A stretch of DNA of 64,000 nucleotides from an uncultured Phycisphaerales bacterium (GCA_963755915.1 CAVWLP010000002.1:416001-480000), one strand, 5' to 3'; positions 30,149 to 40,952 are shown, numbered from the stretch's first letter. Notes: generated by a model not told the origin, from the sequence alone. Program-made: numbers and translations.

Positions 30149-32374
30149 ATGGATCTCGGCTGCCTCCTTACGTCCCCGCGGAATCTGATGGATATGCCAT
30201 TTTCGGACTCAGTCCCCCCCGCAATCTGGTGGTCCATCGCCATCGTCGCGGGGCTGATTTTCTTCGCCGTGGTCATCGGCATTCGCTGGATTCCCAACAA
30301 CTGCGTGGGGATTATCGAAAAACGCTTTTCGCGCAGGGGATCCGTGCGCGAGGGGCAGATCATGGCGCTCAACGGCGAGGCCGGATACCAGATCGACCTC
30401 CTCCGCGGCGGCGTCCATCTCTTCTATTGGCCGATCCAATATCGCATTCATCGCGTGCCGCTCGTCACGATTTCGCAGGGAAAGATCGGGTACGTCTATG
30501 CGCGCGACGGCAAGCCGCTGCTTCCCAGCCAGACGCTGGGGCACGTGGTCGAGTGCAACAATTTTCAGGACGCGCGCAAGTTCCTGGGACATGGTGGAGA
30601 CGATGCCAGCATCGGGCAGCGCGGCCGGCAGCGGGCGATCATCCGCGAGGGCGTCTATGCCATCAACCTGGGCCTGTTTGTCGTGGTCACGCAGGATTCG
30701 GTCTACCGGCTCGACATGCAGGGCCGGCAGGAATTGGCCACGCTTGTCGGTTGGCAAAAGGAACTGAACGATATTCGCGGCTTTGATCCGGTGGTCATCG
30801 GCGAAGAGGTTTCCGCTGAGGATCCGCTGATATCGGGGAAGCAGATCGTCGTGGACAGCATCGGCATCGTGACCATCCAGGATGGCCCGAGCCTGGCGCC
30901 GGGCGAGATCATCGCGCCGGCCGTCGGCAACGATATTTCCGATGCCAACTATCACAACAACTATCAGGATCCCGAAGCGTTTTTGCGGGCCGGAGGCCGG
31001 CGCGGGCGGCAATATGTGCCGCTGACCGATGGAACTTATTTCATCAACCGCTGGTTCGCGACGATTGAGATCGTCCCCAAGACGGTGGTGCCGATCGGAT
31101 ATGTCGGCGTGGTCGTCAGCTATTACGGGCCGATGGGCGCCGACGTTTCCGGCGAATCCTTCCGCCACGGCGAGCGCGTCGCCCGCGGCGAGCGCGGGGT
31201 CTGGGAAAGGTCGCTGGGACCTGGGCAAATATCCCTTCAACACCTACGCGGGCAAGCTGATTCTCGTGCCGACGACCAACTTCGTGCTGCACTGGATCAC
31301 CGGCAAGAGCGAGGCGCATCATTACGATGAGAGCCTTAAGAGCATCGACCTGGTGACCAAGGACGCGTATGAGCCGCTGCTGCCGCTGAGCATTGTGGTG
31401 CACATCGACTACCAGCGGGCACCCAACGTCATCCAGCGGTTTGGCGACGTGAAGAAGCTGATCACGCAGACGCTGGACCCGATGCTCAGCGCCTATTTCC
31501 GCGACGTGGCCCACAAGAAGACGATGCTGGAGCTATTGCAGCATCGCGATGAAATTCAAGTCGAATCGCGCGCGGAGCTTGCAGAAGCGGTTCCACGAGT
31601 TCGACATCGAATGCGTGGACGTTCTGATCGGCAAGCCGGACACGGCCGAAGGTGCGGGCGTCGGCAAGATCGAAACGCTGCTGGAGCAGCTGCGGCATGC
31701 GCCAGCTCAGCATCGAGCAACTGGAAACGTACGACCGCCAACGTGCGGCCGCGGAGAAGCTGCGCAGCGCTGACCGAAGCCCAGGCGGTGGCGGCCAAGC
31801 AGGCGGAACTGACCAACTCGCAGGTGCAGATCCGCATCGCCGAAAACCAGGGCGACGCCGACCTGGCGCGGTCACGCAAACAGGCCGAGCAGACGGTGGT
31901 GACGGCCGAGGCGGACCTGGCCCGCTCGCGCCGGCAGGCGGAGCAGACGGTGGTCACCGCGCAGGCCGAGAGCCAGTCGCGCATCCTTGCCGGCAAGGGC
32001 GAATCGACCCGGCGCTTCAGGTCGGCCTGGCGGAGGCGACGGTGCTCCTGCGGAGCATTACCAGCTTCGGCGATCCGCGCCTGTACGCACTGGCGAAGGT
32101 GGCTGAGCACCTGTCGAAGGCAACCCAGCCACTGGTTCCGGAGCGGGTGTTCATGGGCGGCGCGGCCGGCGAAGGGCAGCAAGGCGGGGCGAATATGCTC
32201 AGCACGCTGATCGGGCTGATGGTCGCGGAGAAGAGCGGGTTTGCGATCACTGATAACCCGGAGATGGCGTCATTGAAAGAGATGGCTGAGAAGATGACGA
32301 AGCAGGTGATTGATGCGATGGAGGAGAAGGATGGGAACGGGGCGCCGGCGGCGGTGTTGCCGAAGAGGGCTTGA
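30149..32374 (+). CDS. SPFH/band 7 (flotillin-like) membrane protein, several frameshifts
   Basis: N-terminal TM, GEAGYQ, GQRGRQ and GRRGRQ repeats, GKYPFNTYAG, SPFH core, AE-rich coil; split over ORFs 30149, 31029, 31549 and 31652. Confidence 0.85.
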
Positions 32375-32385
32375 GTTCAGGTATT

Positions 32386-32536
32386 GAACTGAACAGAACT
32401 GAACAAAACTGAACACTTTTTGAATTTTGTTTAGTGGATGCTAGCTTTCTGAAGTGGCGTATGTGCTGGTGGGGGAAGCGGTTGGGGGTGGGGGCCGCGT
32501 ATCGGGCGGCGGAGGGAAGGAAAAAGTGTTCAGTTT
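32386..32536. repeat. Three 10-bp direct repeats (RAACTGAACA) plus a perfect 16-bp inverted repeat
   Basis: gaactgaaca-gaactgaaca-aaactgaaca; aaactgaacacttttt (32406-32421) versus aaaaagtgttcagttt (32521-32536). Confidence 0.8.
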
Positions 32537-32639
32537 GTAGGATTTTGCTTTTCCGACAAGATTGGCGCGGTTTTCGATGAGGCTGGTGGACTACTCACGA
32601 AATGTTTTGTGATCAAAGGTTCCTGGCACGATTCCTCCT

Positions 32640-33491
32640 ATGACGCAGCCTTCACCGATTAATTGCCCACATTGTGGCTGCCCTGGCGTGTTGGGGCCGG
32701 AAGGAATCGGACAAAATGTTCGCTGCGCCCAGTGTGGGAAGAGCTTCATCGCTGGTGCCATGGCGGAGCTTATTGGAACGAACACCGCGCTGATTTCCGG
32801 GCCGCGGCAGGGCAACGCAATGGCTACCGCCAGCGTCGTCTGCGGCCTGCTGGGATGTATTCCTTTTGCAAGCGTCCTGGCGATTATTTTTGGCATTATC
32901 GGTTTGAGGAAAAGCAAAGACCCGCGCGTCGACCGCAAGGGGTTGGCCATCGCAGGGATTGTGCTGGGCAGTATCGGAATGTTGACGGCGCAACGACTCT
33001 ATTATGATTTTTGGTGGAACATGAGCCAAACGGCTGATCGCGTCAAGTGTGCCAGCAACGTGCGGCAGATCGGCCAAGCGATTCTGGACTACTCCAACAA
33101 TAACATGAGTCGCTATCCACCCGATCTGGGCACACTGATCAAGACCCAAAACATTGCCGTCGGCGATTTCTTGTGTCCGTCAATGCCAGGAGGGTCATCC
33201 GCACCGTCGAATTTCGCACAGATGACCCGCGACCAGCAGGCCCAATGGGTGAACGAACACACAGACTTTATCTATTTGGGGGCGGGCATGAGGCAAGGCG
33301 AGCCCCCGGACACGATCGTACTCTATGAAAAGCAAGTCGAGCAGAACAGCGCTCCTGACCTTGCACTCGGGCCCGATGAAGTGCAAGTGCTCTTTGGCGA
33401 CTTTCACGTGGAAGCCGTTGCTCCAGCGGAAGCCCATCGCCGGATCGAAAGTCAGGAGTACAAAGAGTCCCCGACGACAGTAAGGCCGTAA
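32640..33491 (+). CDS. Zinc-ribbon + DUF4190 + DUF1559/pilin-like domain protein
   Basis: CPHC...CAQC; AIIFGIIGL..KGLAIAGIVLG; KCASNVRQIGQAI..YPPDL..FLCPS; VLFGDFHVE. Confidence 0.75.
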   Translation: MTQPSPINCPHCGCPGVLGPEGIGQNVRCAQCGKSFIAGAMAELIGTNTALISGPRQGNAMATASVVCGLLGCIPFASVLAIIFGIIGLRKSKDPRVDRKGLAIAGIVLGSIGMLTAQRLYYDFWWNMSQTADRVKCASNVRQIGQAILDYSNNNMSRYPPDLGTLIKTQNIAVGDFLCPSMPGGSSAPSNFAQMTRDQQAQWVNEHTDFIYLGAGMRQGEPPDTIVLYEKQVEQNSAPDLALGPDEVQVLFGDFHVEAVAPAEAHRRIESQEYKESPTTVRP

Positions 33492-33614
33492 ATGGGGGCT
33501 GGGTATCGTGTGGGGAAGCAGAGGCTTTGTCGGGTGGATCGGGTGCGAAGGGATAAGGGAGTGGCCCTTGAACAGTTGAGCACTAAAACCGGCATCGGGC
33601 GGTACAATTCCGGA

Positions 33615-34271
33615 ATGGCGATAGATGCGATTTGTGTGGAGGGGTATCGGTCGGTGAGGCATGTCTATCTGTCGCTGGGGCGAGTGAACGTGATTGTGGG
33701 GGCGAATGCGACGGGGAAGACGAATCTTTACCGGGCGCTTTACTTTTTGCATCGAGCGGCGGCGGGGTCGCTGGCGCGGGCAATGGCGGAGGAGGGAGGG
33801 ATGCCATCGATTTTGTGGGCGGGGGCGCGGAGGGAAGGGGCGGTCAGGATGTGCGTTGCGGTTAGGACGGGGGATTTTTCGTATCACTTGGAGTGCGGAT
33901 TGCCGACACCGGAGTCGTCGCTGTTTCATCTGGATCCTGAGGTGAAGGAGGAGAATATTTTTCTGCATCGCGGAGGGAAGAAGGTGCAATTGCTGGGGCG
34001 GAAGAAGGCGGCGCTGCTTTCGCCGCGGCCGCCGGAATTGATCGCGCTGAATGAGCCGGAGGCTTCGATTCATCCGGATTTGCTGGGGGCACTGGGGGGG
34101 CTGATCGTCAAGGCGTCGGCGCGGACGCAGCTTTGGATTACGACGCATTCGATGCAGCTTGCGGAGAAGGTGCGCGGGCAGGCGGAATGTCGTCTGGTTC
34201 AGCTTGAGAAGGTGGATGGGGAGACGCGGGTTTTGGGGCAGTCGGAACTGGAGCGGGCGATGGAAGTTTGA
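33615..34271 (+). CDS. ABC/SMC-like AAA family ATPase with apparent internal in-frame deletion (possible pseudogene)
   Basis: Walker A GANATGKT, Walker B/D-loop ALNEPEASIHP, H-loop ITTHS; no ABC signature between them. Confidence 0.75.
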   Translation: MAIDAICVEGYRSVRHVYLSLGRVNVIVGANATGKTNLYRALYFLHRAAAGSLARAMAEEGGMPSILWAGARREGAVRMCVAVRTGDFSYHLECGLPTPESSLFHLDPEVKEENIFLHRGGKKVQLLGRKKAALLSPRPPELIALNEPEASIHPDLLGALGGLIVKASARTQLWITTHSMQLAEKVRGQAECRLVQLEKVDGETRVLGQSELERAMEV

Positions 34272-34392
34272 GGGGAAAGGGGGTGTGTTCAATTAGACGA
34301 GTCTTTCATTTCGTTCGATTGTTTTGATGACGGAATCGCAAGGTGGGGTTAGAGCAGTAGAGCAGTAGAAAGTTAAGCCGTAGAGGAAGAGC

Positions 34393-35931
34393 TCAATTCT
34401 TCCAGATGGAATCGATGGGGTGATCGTAAGTGACGGCGATCACGGTGTCGGCCGGAGAAAGAGTGCGGTCGATCTGGTGGATATGGATTGCGGCGAAAGC
34501 TTCCGCCGGTGAGGAGTCCGGCGGCACCTGCACTCTGGAATCGTACGGAAGATAGTTGCCCGAGAAGACCTCGTAGACGCGCGTGGGATGAAGATCTCCG
34601 AGCGCGGGCACGGTGAAATCGGTTCCTTGATAGGCCTTGAGGATGTGGATGAAGATTGTGGATCCCTTAAAGCAATACCCGAATTGGCGATCGACGGGTT
34701 GCCAGGGACCGGCACGGGTGTTGTAGATGGAGTCGGCGGTTTTTTGGAGCCAGGCGCCTACTTCCAATAGGCGCTGCTGCTCGAGGGCGGGGATGTTGCC
34801 GTGACAATCGGGGGAGACGTTGGCGAGCAGGACCATGTTGCGGATGACGCAGTCGGCGAGGTAGGTGATGATCTGATCCGCGGTCATGACTTTTCCATCG
34901 GCGATGGCCTCGGCGTTGTAGCCCCAAGCGGCGGGCTGGATCGTCAGGCATTTTTCGTAGATTTGTCTGCTGCGAATGGGGCCGGTGATGGGGCGTGGGC
35001 CTTCTTCTTCGAGGATGTCGCCGATCCAGCCGTAGCGGGAGTTGGCGATGGCATCGGGCTGGTATTTGCGGACCATGCCCATGATGCCAAGAGGTTTGCC
35101 GGTGGCAGGATCGAAGTCCTGATATTTCTTGTCGATGGGCCAGGGGTTTTGGGGGCTGAGGAATTGGCCGGGTTCGTGGAAGAAGGCGGCGTCCGCGTCT
35201 GAGCCGCGGAGGCCGAGCCAGCCGCCGTCCCAGAAGATCTCATCGATTTTTCCGTTGCGGGTGAGGAGGGTTTTGACGTTGACGTAGTTTTCTTCCTTCA
35301 TGAGGCGGGCGTTTTCACGGTGGGAGGGATTGGCAGTAAAGCCGAAGGGATTGGGGAGACAGTTTGTGCCGGTCCAGTCGAAGTAGCCGGGGTAGCGCCA
35401 GCTCAGAGGAGAATAGTAGACGCCGACTTTCAGGCCGGCAGCCCGGACGGCCTGAACGTACTCGCCGAAGAGATCGCGGTGGAGGGTTTGCAGGGAGGTG
35501 AAAGCGGTTGGAAAGGGGGAGTCGAAGAGGCAGAAGCCTTCGTGGTGACGGGCGGTGAGGGTGATCCATTTCATGCCGGCGGACTTCGCGAGGGCGGCCC
35601 ACTGGTCGGGGTGGTAGTTGGCGGCGTCGAAAAAGTCGCGACTGGGAGCGGGGTAGGCAAACTGCTGGTAGACATCGGGAAGGATTCCGGATTTTTCCAT
35701 GAACCATTCCCCGCGCGCGGGGACGGAGTAGAGGCCCCAGTGGACGAACATTCCGAACTTGGCGTTGAGGAGCCAATTGAGCTTCTCATTGGGAAGCTGG
35801 GTGATGCCGAATTCTGATTGCGGCTCGCGTGCGGGTAACGGCTGAGGGATTGTGGAGGAGAGAGCGGGAACAGGGAAGCAGGCGAGCAGTAGAAGGGTCA
35901 AAGGGGAAAAGAGGAAATCCGGTAGTTTCAT
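34393..35931 (-). CDS. Alpha-L-fucosidase (GH29)
   Basis: AKFGMFVHWGLYS, TARHHEGFCLF, GLKVGVYYS, IFWDGG; signal peptide. Confidence 0.92.
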   Translation of the reverse strand: MKLPDFLFSPLTLLLLACFPVPALSSTIPQPLPAREPQSEFGITQLPNEKLNWLLNAKFGMFVHWGLYSVPARGEWFMEKSGILPDVYQQFAYPAPSRDFFDAANYHPDQWAALAKSAGMKWITLTARHHEGFCLFDSPFPTAFTSLQTLHRDLFGEYVQAVRAAGLKVGVYYSPLSWRYPGYFDWTGTNCLPNPFGFTANPSHRENARLMKEENYVNVKTLLTRNGKIDEIFWDGGWLGLRGSDADAAFFHEPGQFLSPQNPWPIDKKYQDFDPATGKPLGIMGMVRKYQPDAIANSRYGWIGDILEEEGPRPITGPIRSRQIYEKCLTIQPAAWGYNAEAIADGKVMTADQIITYLADCVIRNMVLLANVSPDCHGNIPALEQQRLLEVGAWLQKTADSIYNTRAGPWQPVDRQFGYCFKGSTIFIHILKAYQGTDFTVPALGDLHPTRVYEVFSGNYLPYDSRVQVPPDSSPAEAFAAIHIHQIDRTLSPADTVIAVTYDHPIDSIWKN

Positions 35932-36024
35932 TTTTGGGGGAGATCGTAGGGAATTTGGAGGCGGAATTGTAGTGGGGCTCCGCCCTACCTCCTTCTCCAC
36001 CGCGAGGCCCAGCAGATCGCCGAG

Positions 36025-36549
36025 CTATTTCTGATTTCGTGCGGCGCGGAACAGGTCGTGGGTGGCCTGGAGGTAGAAGACGAGGAAGATGCCGGAGCCG
36101 AGGCGGACGGAGTCGCGGCGAAACGCGTCGTATTGCTGCTGGGAAATGCGGTCAGGTGCGCGGCCGTGGCCGGGGTCGGCGACGTAGACGTTCGGGGAGG
36201 GGTGGGATAGCGTGCCTCCGGTCGGCTGGAAGAGGAGGTCGGCGGCAAGCAGCACGGCGTAGATGGTGACGAGGGCGAGCAGAAAGCGGAACCAGAGCGG
36301 CCGGTCATTCGGCTGGTTGGGGGGAGGGTTGATCGAGCCGGTTTTGCGGTATTGAAGGAGGAGCACGGAGCCGACGACTACCGCGAAGAGAGTGTAGTAA
36401 AGGGTGAGGGCCAGCCACTCGGGGCGGAGCCAATCCTGGGGGTTGAAGCCGAGGGTTGCGGCGACGTGGATGAGGAGGTCGAGGAGCAGGCCGAAAAGAG
36501 CGAGGAGGGCGAGAGGCCACATTCTTCGGATTATAACCGGGCGGGACAT
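36025..36549 (-). CDS. Hypothetical membrane protein (3-4 TM)
   Basis: Hydrophobic segments; codon style like neighbouring genes. Confidence 0.6.
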   Translation of the reverse strand: MSRPVIIRRMWPLALLALFGLLLDLLIHVAATLGFNPQDWLRPEWLALTLYYTLFAVVVGSVLLLQYRKTGSINPPPNQPNDRPLWFRFLLALVTIYAVLLAADLLFQPTGGTLSHPSPNVYVADPGHGRAPDRISQQQYDAFRRDSVRLGSGIFLVFYLQATHDLFRAARNQK

Positions 36550-36724
36550 TGCAGACGGTTATAGGGAGCGGTTTAGAATATATGGGCTTCGAGGGATCTC
36601 CGCGAGATGGGATTGCCCGCGGTGCGCCGTAAAGAAGCGGTGTCCCGAGTGCGGAGGGGAGATCGCCAGCGATTTCAGAGGGCCGCCTTACAAATCGAAT
36701 TGAGAGATGCTTGTGACGATTTTT

Positions 36725-37492
36725 TTAATGGCTTCTGCGCCGCCGCACCAATAAACATGTGCCGGCGAATGCAAGTGCGAGCGTGGAGGGCTCGGGAACC
36801 GCACTGACGGCGCCGGTGATTCCGAATCCTGTCCAGGAGCTGTCCGCACCGCCAGTTGGCGCGTACAGTGATGAGCTCACGGATAACGTGTAGGTGGGAC
36901 CCGGCTGAAGAACAGTCGCGAAGGAAACGGTGGTAAAAATCGAGTCACTGGGCGTGGAGGCAGATTCGCTCTGCTGAAAGACGGGATTTAATTGTCCGCT
37001 CTCCGTGAGTTCGACGGTCACGTTTATCGTGGGGGTCTCGTCATAATCGAGGTCAACCACATTCAGCGGGCCGCTGAGGGTGAACAACTGGGCAGTTGAA
37101 TCCGTGAAGCTGACAGAAGTATTTGCAGTCCCCTGATCGGTGCCATCCGTCTGGGTCTCGCTGCCAGTGCCGCCTTCCTCATAGACCATCGAGCTGGACG
37201 TGGTGTTCGAGTCGTCGGACTCTACACTCATCATATCGTTTTCGGCATAGGGGTCGCCGTATTCCTGTGGCGGCTCTGAGGTGAGCGAGGCCGTGGACTG
37301 TGCGTTGGACCCGCCGCCGGCGCTATTGGTATTGCCGTAATAGTCGGTGACCATCGCGGACTCGCTGCCGGAAGCAGTTGTAATGCTCAGGTCGCCCTTG
37401 GCGCGATGGCAGCAAAAAACGGCAAGTATTGCCGCAGTTGGCACAACAACCTGCTTCGACAATCCAACGGTTTTTTCGGGACCCCTGAGCAT
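36725..37492 (-). CDS. PEP-CTERM sorting domain protein, Ser/Thr-rich
   Basis: C-terminus VPEPSTLALAFAGTCLLVRRRRSH; N-terminal signal-like segment; RBS ggagg. Confidence 0.88.
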   Translation of the reverse strand: MLRGPEKTVGLSKQVVVPTAAILAVFCCHRAKGDLSITTASGSESAMVTDYYGNTNSAGGGSNAQSTASLTSEPPQEYGDPYAENDMMSVESDDSNTTSSSMVYEEGGTGSETQTDGTDQGTANTSVSFTDSTAQLFTLSGPLNVVDLDYDETPTINVTVELTESGQLNPVFQQSESASTPSDSIFTTVSFATVLQPGPTYTLSVSSSLYAPTGGADSSWTGFGITGAVSAVPEPSTLALAFAGTCLLVRRRRSH

Positions 37493-37758
37493 AGCCGCCT
37501 CCAATTCACGCGAGTGAACTCCACGCGAGCGCCAAGCTACCGATGCAATAAATAATTTGTCAAGAATAAAGGCGTTTTGCGGGGGAAAATTAATAAATTG
37601 ACAATCGCATTGTGGAGCACATCTCTTTCGCGTCTTGCGCCGTCGCCGAAACTTCGCTGCCGACGATCCGTGTTTGACCATAAGAATCGGATGGCCTGCG
37701 TTCGCCGGGCGATGAATAATGCTCCTGACCGACCCAGCCCCTATGTCAGGTTGCTCGC

Positions 37759-38736
37759 GTGACAAAACTTTCTCAAAAATCTCCGTTCGTAACGTCGATT
37801 GTTCTGCTGTTGCTGCTGATTGACGCGGGATGCATGGCCCAGGTTTCCGCAGCGCGTGGCCGCGATTGGCCGGCAATGGGGAAATCAGCCGGCTCAACTG
37901 GCGCCGCCGCCGCAATCAACGGATTACCGGTTCAACAATCGACGGCCACGCCGTTCGTTCCGTCCGAGGCGCAACGAGAGACACAGGCTTTGGTGGATCG
38001 CTTTTTGAATGCACTTTTCCAGATCAATCCGTCGCAGTGGTTCGGAATCGGAGTGCTGCTCGCACTGCTGCTCTTCTACAATCTCGAAAACCGCTCGCCG
38101 ATTTTCATTCTTGCGTTTGCCTTAGCCTGCGGGATGGGATCGGTCTATGGGTTTCTGCAGGGCTCCGGGCTGATCGCGGCCGGGGGAATCGTTGCGGGGA
38201 TTTTCGCGCTGAGGAAATTCTGGCAGGAAATCAAATCCTGGAATGGAATTTTGCTGCGGAGCGACTATCTGGTGCTGGCATGGATCGTGCGCACGATCGC
38301 GCTGCTGGCGGTTTTGGCCGGGGTGAATCAATTGCTGGTGGACTCGCCCCTCGCGGCACGCTTGCCGATGAGGATCGATCGCGCTACCGCGGAAGCATTG
38401 CCGTTGCTCTTCGTGGGGATCGCCTATCTCGCCTGGCTGGCGACGGAGCGCCCGGGTGCGATCGACCTGATCAAGCAGTTGCTCATCGCCCTGGCCTTTA
38501 TCCTGTGGGGAGTGAGCCTGCTGATGCCGCCTGGCCAGTCGGCAACGCTGCTGGGGGCGGTGGTGATCGCGATCTATGTTTTCGACCTGGCCTGGATGAT
38601 CGAGGGAAACTTGCGGAAAAAGCTGCGGTCGGATGTGGATCGTCAATTGTGGCGCGGGCCGGCGACGGGCGTGGGCTCGTGGCCCGAGAGCTCTTCTTTA
38701 AGCCTGGGCGGCCGGCGGGAAAAGGCGGCCAGTTAA
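37759..38736 (+). CDS. Hypothetical polytopic membrane protein
   Basis: About 8 hydrophobic segments; LENRSPIFILAFALACGMGSVYGFLQG resembles a small conserved membrane family. Confidence 0.65.
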   Translation: MTKLSQKSPFVTSIVLLLLLIDAGCMAQVSAARGRDWPAMGKSAGSTGAAAAINGLPVQQSTATPFVPSEAQRETQALVDRFLNALFQINPSQWFGIGVLLALLLFYNLENRSPIFILAFALACGMGSVYGFLQGSGLIAAGGIVAGIFALRKFWQEIKSWNGILLRSDYLVLAWIVRTIALLAVLAGVNQLLVDSPLAARLPMRIDRATAEALPLLFVGIAYLAWLATERPGAIDLIKQLLIALAFILWGVSLLMPPGQSATLLGAVVIAIYVFDLAWMIEGNLRKKLRSDVDRQLWRGPATGVGSWPESSSLSLGGRREKAAS

Positions 38737-38738
38737 TG

Positions 38739-39590
38739 TCATCGAAGCCAGTTCCATACCCTTGCCTCAAAAACTCTACGTCGTAAATCGGCACGCATTC
38801 CGGCCAGGATGGGATCTTCGTCCTCGCATCGCTTAATGGCCGAAGTCCATCCTGCCGGCGTCTCCGCCCGGCGCGTGATCTTCGCCTGTGGAAATTCACG
38901 GCGAAGGTTTTCCACGAGTGCCGGCCGCCCGTTGCCAGAGGCCACAGAACAAATGCTTCTGGGGGTTGAGGCAATCAAAACGCTGCCTCGGCGGGAATTC
39001 AGCACGCGATAGGCGATCTCAACCCCGCAGCCGCCGCGGCAGTAAACCCCCGGCGTCATGCCGATCCGTCGGCCGGCCCCTTCATACAGTGCCCGCCCGG
39101 AACCGAAACCGGCCCGATGGCCGGCAACGCCGATCGGTATTCCCTCGCGTAAAAAACTTTTGAACCGGTCCCATCGCCGAATGTTACAGAATTCTTTCGG
39201 CGACATGCCGACGATCCGCTTGAAAACCTGATGCAGATAGTTGGGGCTTAAGCCGCTCACCCGCGACAAGGTGCTCAGCGGGTTGGGTTGCTCGACGTGA
39301 GTCTCGATCCATTCCAGCGTTCGTTGAATCCCGCGCTCCGTCTGCGAGAGAGCATTGCCCCTGGGGTGACAGCGCAGGCACGCCGTAAATCCTTCACGCT
39401 CGGCCTCGGCGTCGGTGGCGAAAATCAGGGTATTTCGACGACGCGGATGTCGAGCCGGACAGGAAGGCCGACAATAGATCCCGGTTGTCAAAGCGGCGTA
39501 AACAAATTTGCCGTCGAAGCGGCGATCGCGCTTTAGTATGGCCTTCCAGGACAAATTGCTGATGGGGATTTGCCTGATTGAACCGGGCAT
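38739..39590 (-). CDS. Ada-like protein (Ada Zn-binding + AraC HTH + methyltransferase N-subdomain) lacking the catalytic C-terminus
   Basis: RDRRFDGKF..TTGIYCRPSCPAR..GFTACLRC; FKRIVGMSPKEF; ends at FEARVWNWLR with no PCHR. Confidence 0.85.
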   Translation of the reverse strand: MPGSIRQIPISNLSWKAILKRDRRFDGKFVYAALTTGIYCRPSCPARHPRRRNTLIFATDAEAEREGFTACLRCHPRGNALSQTERGIQRTLEWIETHVEQPNPLSTLSRVSGLSPNYLHQVFKRIVGMSPKEFCNIRRWDRFKSFLREGIPIGVAGHRAGFGSGRALYEGAGRRIGMTPGVYCRGGCGVEIAYRVLNSRRGSVLIASTPRSICSVASGNGRPALVENLRREFPQAKITRRAETPAGWTSAIKRCEDEDPILAGMRADLRRRVFEARVWNWLR

Positions 39591-39635
39591 GACTTGCCAG
39601 TTTCAAATCTCAACGGGGCTGCGACTAAAACAAAT

Positions 39636-40931
39636 TCAAATCTCCAGCATCAACCGCGAGGGGTCTTCCAGGAATTGTTTGACCCGGACGAGGAAGCTGA
39701 CCGATTCGCGGCCGTCGACGAGGCGGTGGTCGTAGCTGAGGGCGAGATACATCATCGAGCGGATTTCGATTTTGTCGTTGACGACCACGGGGCGTTTTTG
39801 GATGGCGTGCATGCCGAGGATGCCGCTTTGCGGGGGATTCAGGATCGGGGTGCTGAGCAGCGAGCCGAAGATTCCGCCGTTGGTGATGGTGAAGGTGCCG
39901 CCGGAGAGTTCTTCGAGCGAGAGCTTGCCGTCGCGGGTAGCGGCGGCGAGGCGTTTGATTTCGGTTTCGATCTTGGCGAAGGACATCTTCTCGGCGTTGC
40001 GGAGGATGGGGACGGCCAGTCCGCGGTCGGTGCTGACGGCGATGCCGAGGTTGACGTACTGGTGGTAAACGACGTTGTCGCCCTCGAGAAAGGCATTGAC
40101 GCGGGGGAATTCCTTGAGGGCGAGGATGCAGGCGCGGGCGAAGAAGCTCATGAACCCGAGGCCGACGCCGTGCACTTCCTGGAAGCGCTCCTTGAAGCGG
40201 TTGCGCAGCTCGATGACGGCGGTGAGATCAACCTCGTTGAAAGTTGTCAGGATCGCCGCGGTCTGCTGGGCGAGGAGCAAAGTTTCGGCGATTCGCTTGC
40301 GGATTTTGCTCATCGGGACGCGGGCGATGCCGGAGCTGTCGTAGACGATGGTTTCGCCGGCGGGAGAGGCCGCCGGGGCGGCAGGTTCTTTTTTGGCGGG
40401 TGGGATTGCCGGCGGGAACGGGAATGAGGGGGGTGCCGTGGGAGGCGGAGGCATTGGCGATGAGCGTTTCTGGAGGTACGCCTCTACGTCTTCGCGAGTG
40501 AGGCGGCCGCCGGGGCCGGTGGCGGGGATGGGCTTGGGATCGAGATTGTTTTCGGAAAGAAGTCGGCGGACGGCGGGGCTGAAGTCTTCGGGTAATTGGG
40601 CGGATTGCAGGGCGGCAGAAGGCGGAGCGGATTCCGCGGGCTTGGGAGCGGCAGATTTCGTGGGGACGGGCGGGGGAGTTCTTAAGGCGCCGGCGGCGCT
40701 GGGGTCGATTTCGGCGATGACTTCGCCGACGTCGACCATCTCGCCTTCGCGTTTTTTGGGGTGGATGACTCCGGCGGCGTCGGCAGGGATGTCGACGTTG
40801 GCCTTGTCGCTTTCCAACTCGCAGATGGGCTCATCGACGTTGACGGTCTGGCCGTCCTGTTTGTGCCATTTGAGGAGCTTGGCTTGTTTGACGGATTCGC
40901 CGAGGCCGGGGACTTTTACTTGGATTGGCAT
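39636..40931 (-). CDS. sucB: 2-oxoglutarate dehydrogenase E2 (dihydrolipoamide succinyltransferase)
   Basis: Lipoyl [39 protein letters not shown]. Confidence 0.96.
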   Translation of the reverse strand: MPIQVKVPGLGESVKQAKLLKWHKQDGQTVNVDEPICELESDKANVDIPADAAGVIHPKKREGEMVDVGEVIAEIDPSAAGALRTPPPVPTKSAAPKPAESAPPSAALQSAQLPEDFSPAVRRLLSENNLDPKPIPATGPGGRLTREDVEAYLQKRSSPMPPPPTAPPSFPFPPAIPPAKKEPAAPAASPAGETIVYDSSGIARVPMSKIRKRIAETLLLAQQTAAILTTFNEVDLTAVIELRNRFKERFQEVHGVGLGFMSFFARACILALKEFPRVNAFLEGDNVVYHQYVNLGIAVSTDRGLAVPILRNAEKMSFAKIETEIKRLAAATRDGKLSLEELSGGTFTITNGGIFGSLLSTPILNPPQSGILGMHAIQKRPVVVNDKIEIRSMMYLALSYDHRLVDGRESVSFLVRVKQFLEDPSRLMLEI

Positions 40932-40952
40932 TGTTTACCTATGATAGCCGGG

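Noticed and set aside
32386..32420. Short repeats as a CRISPR array
   Set aside because: Units are 7-10 bp and contiguous with no spacers; no cas genes in the window
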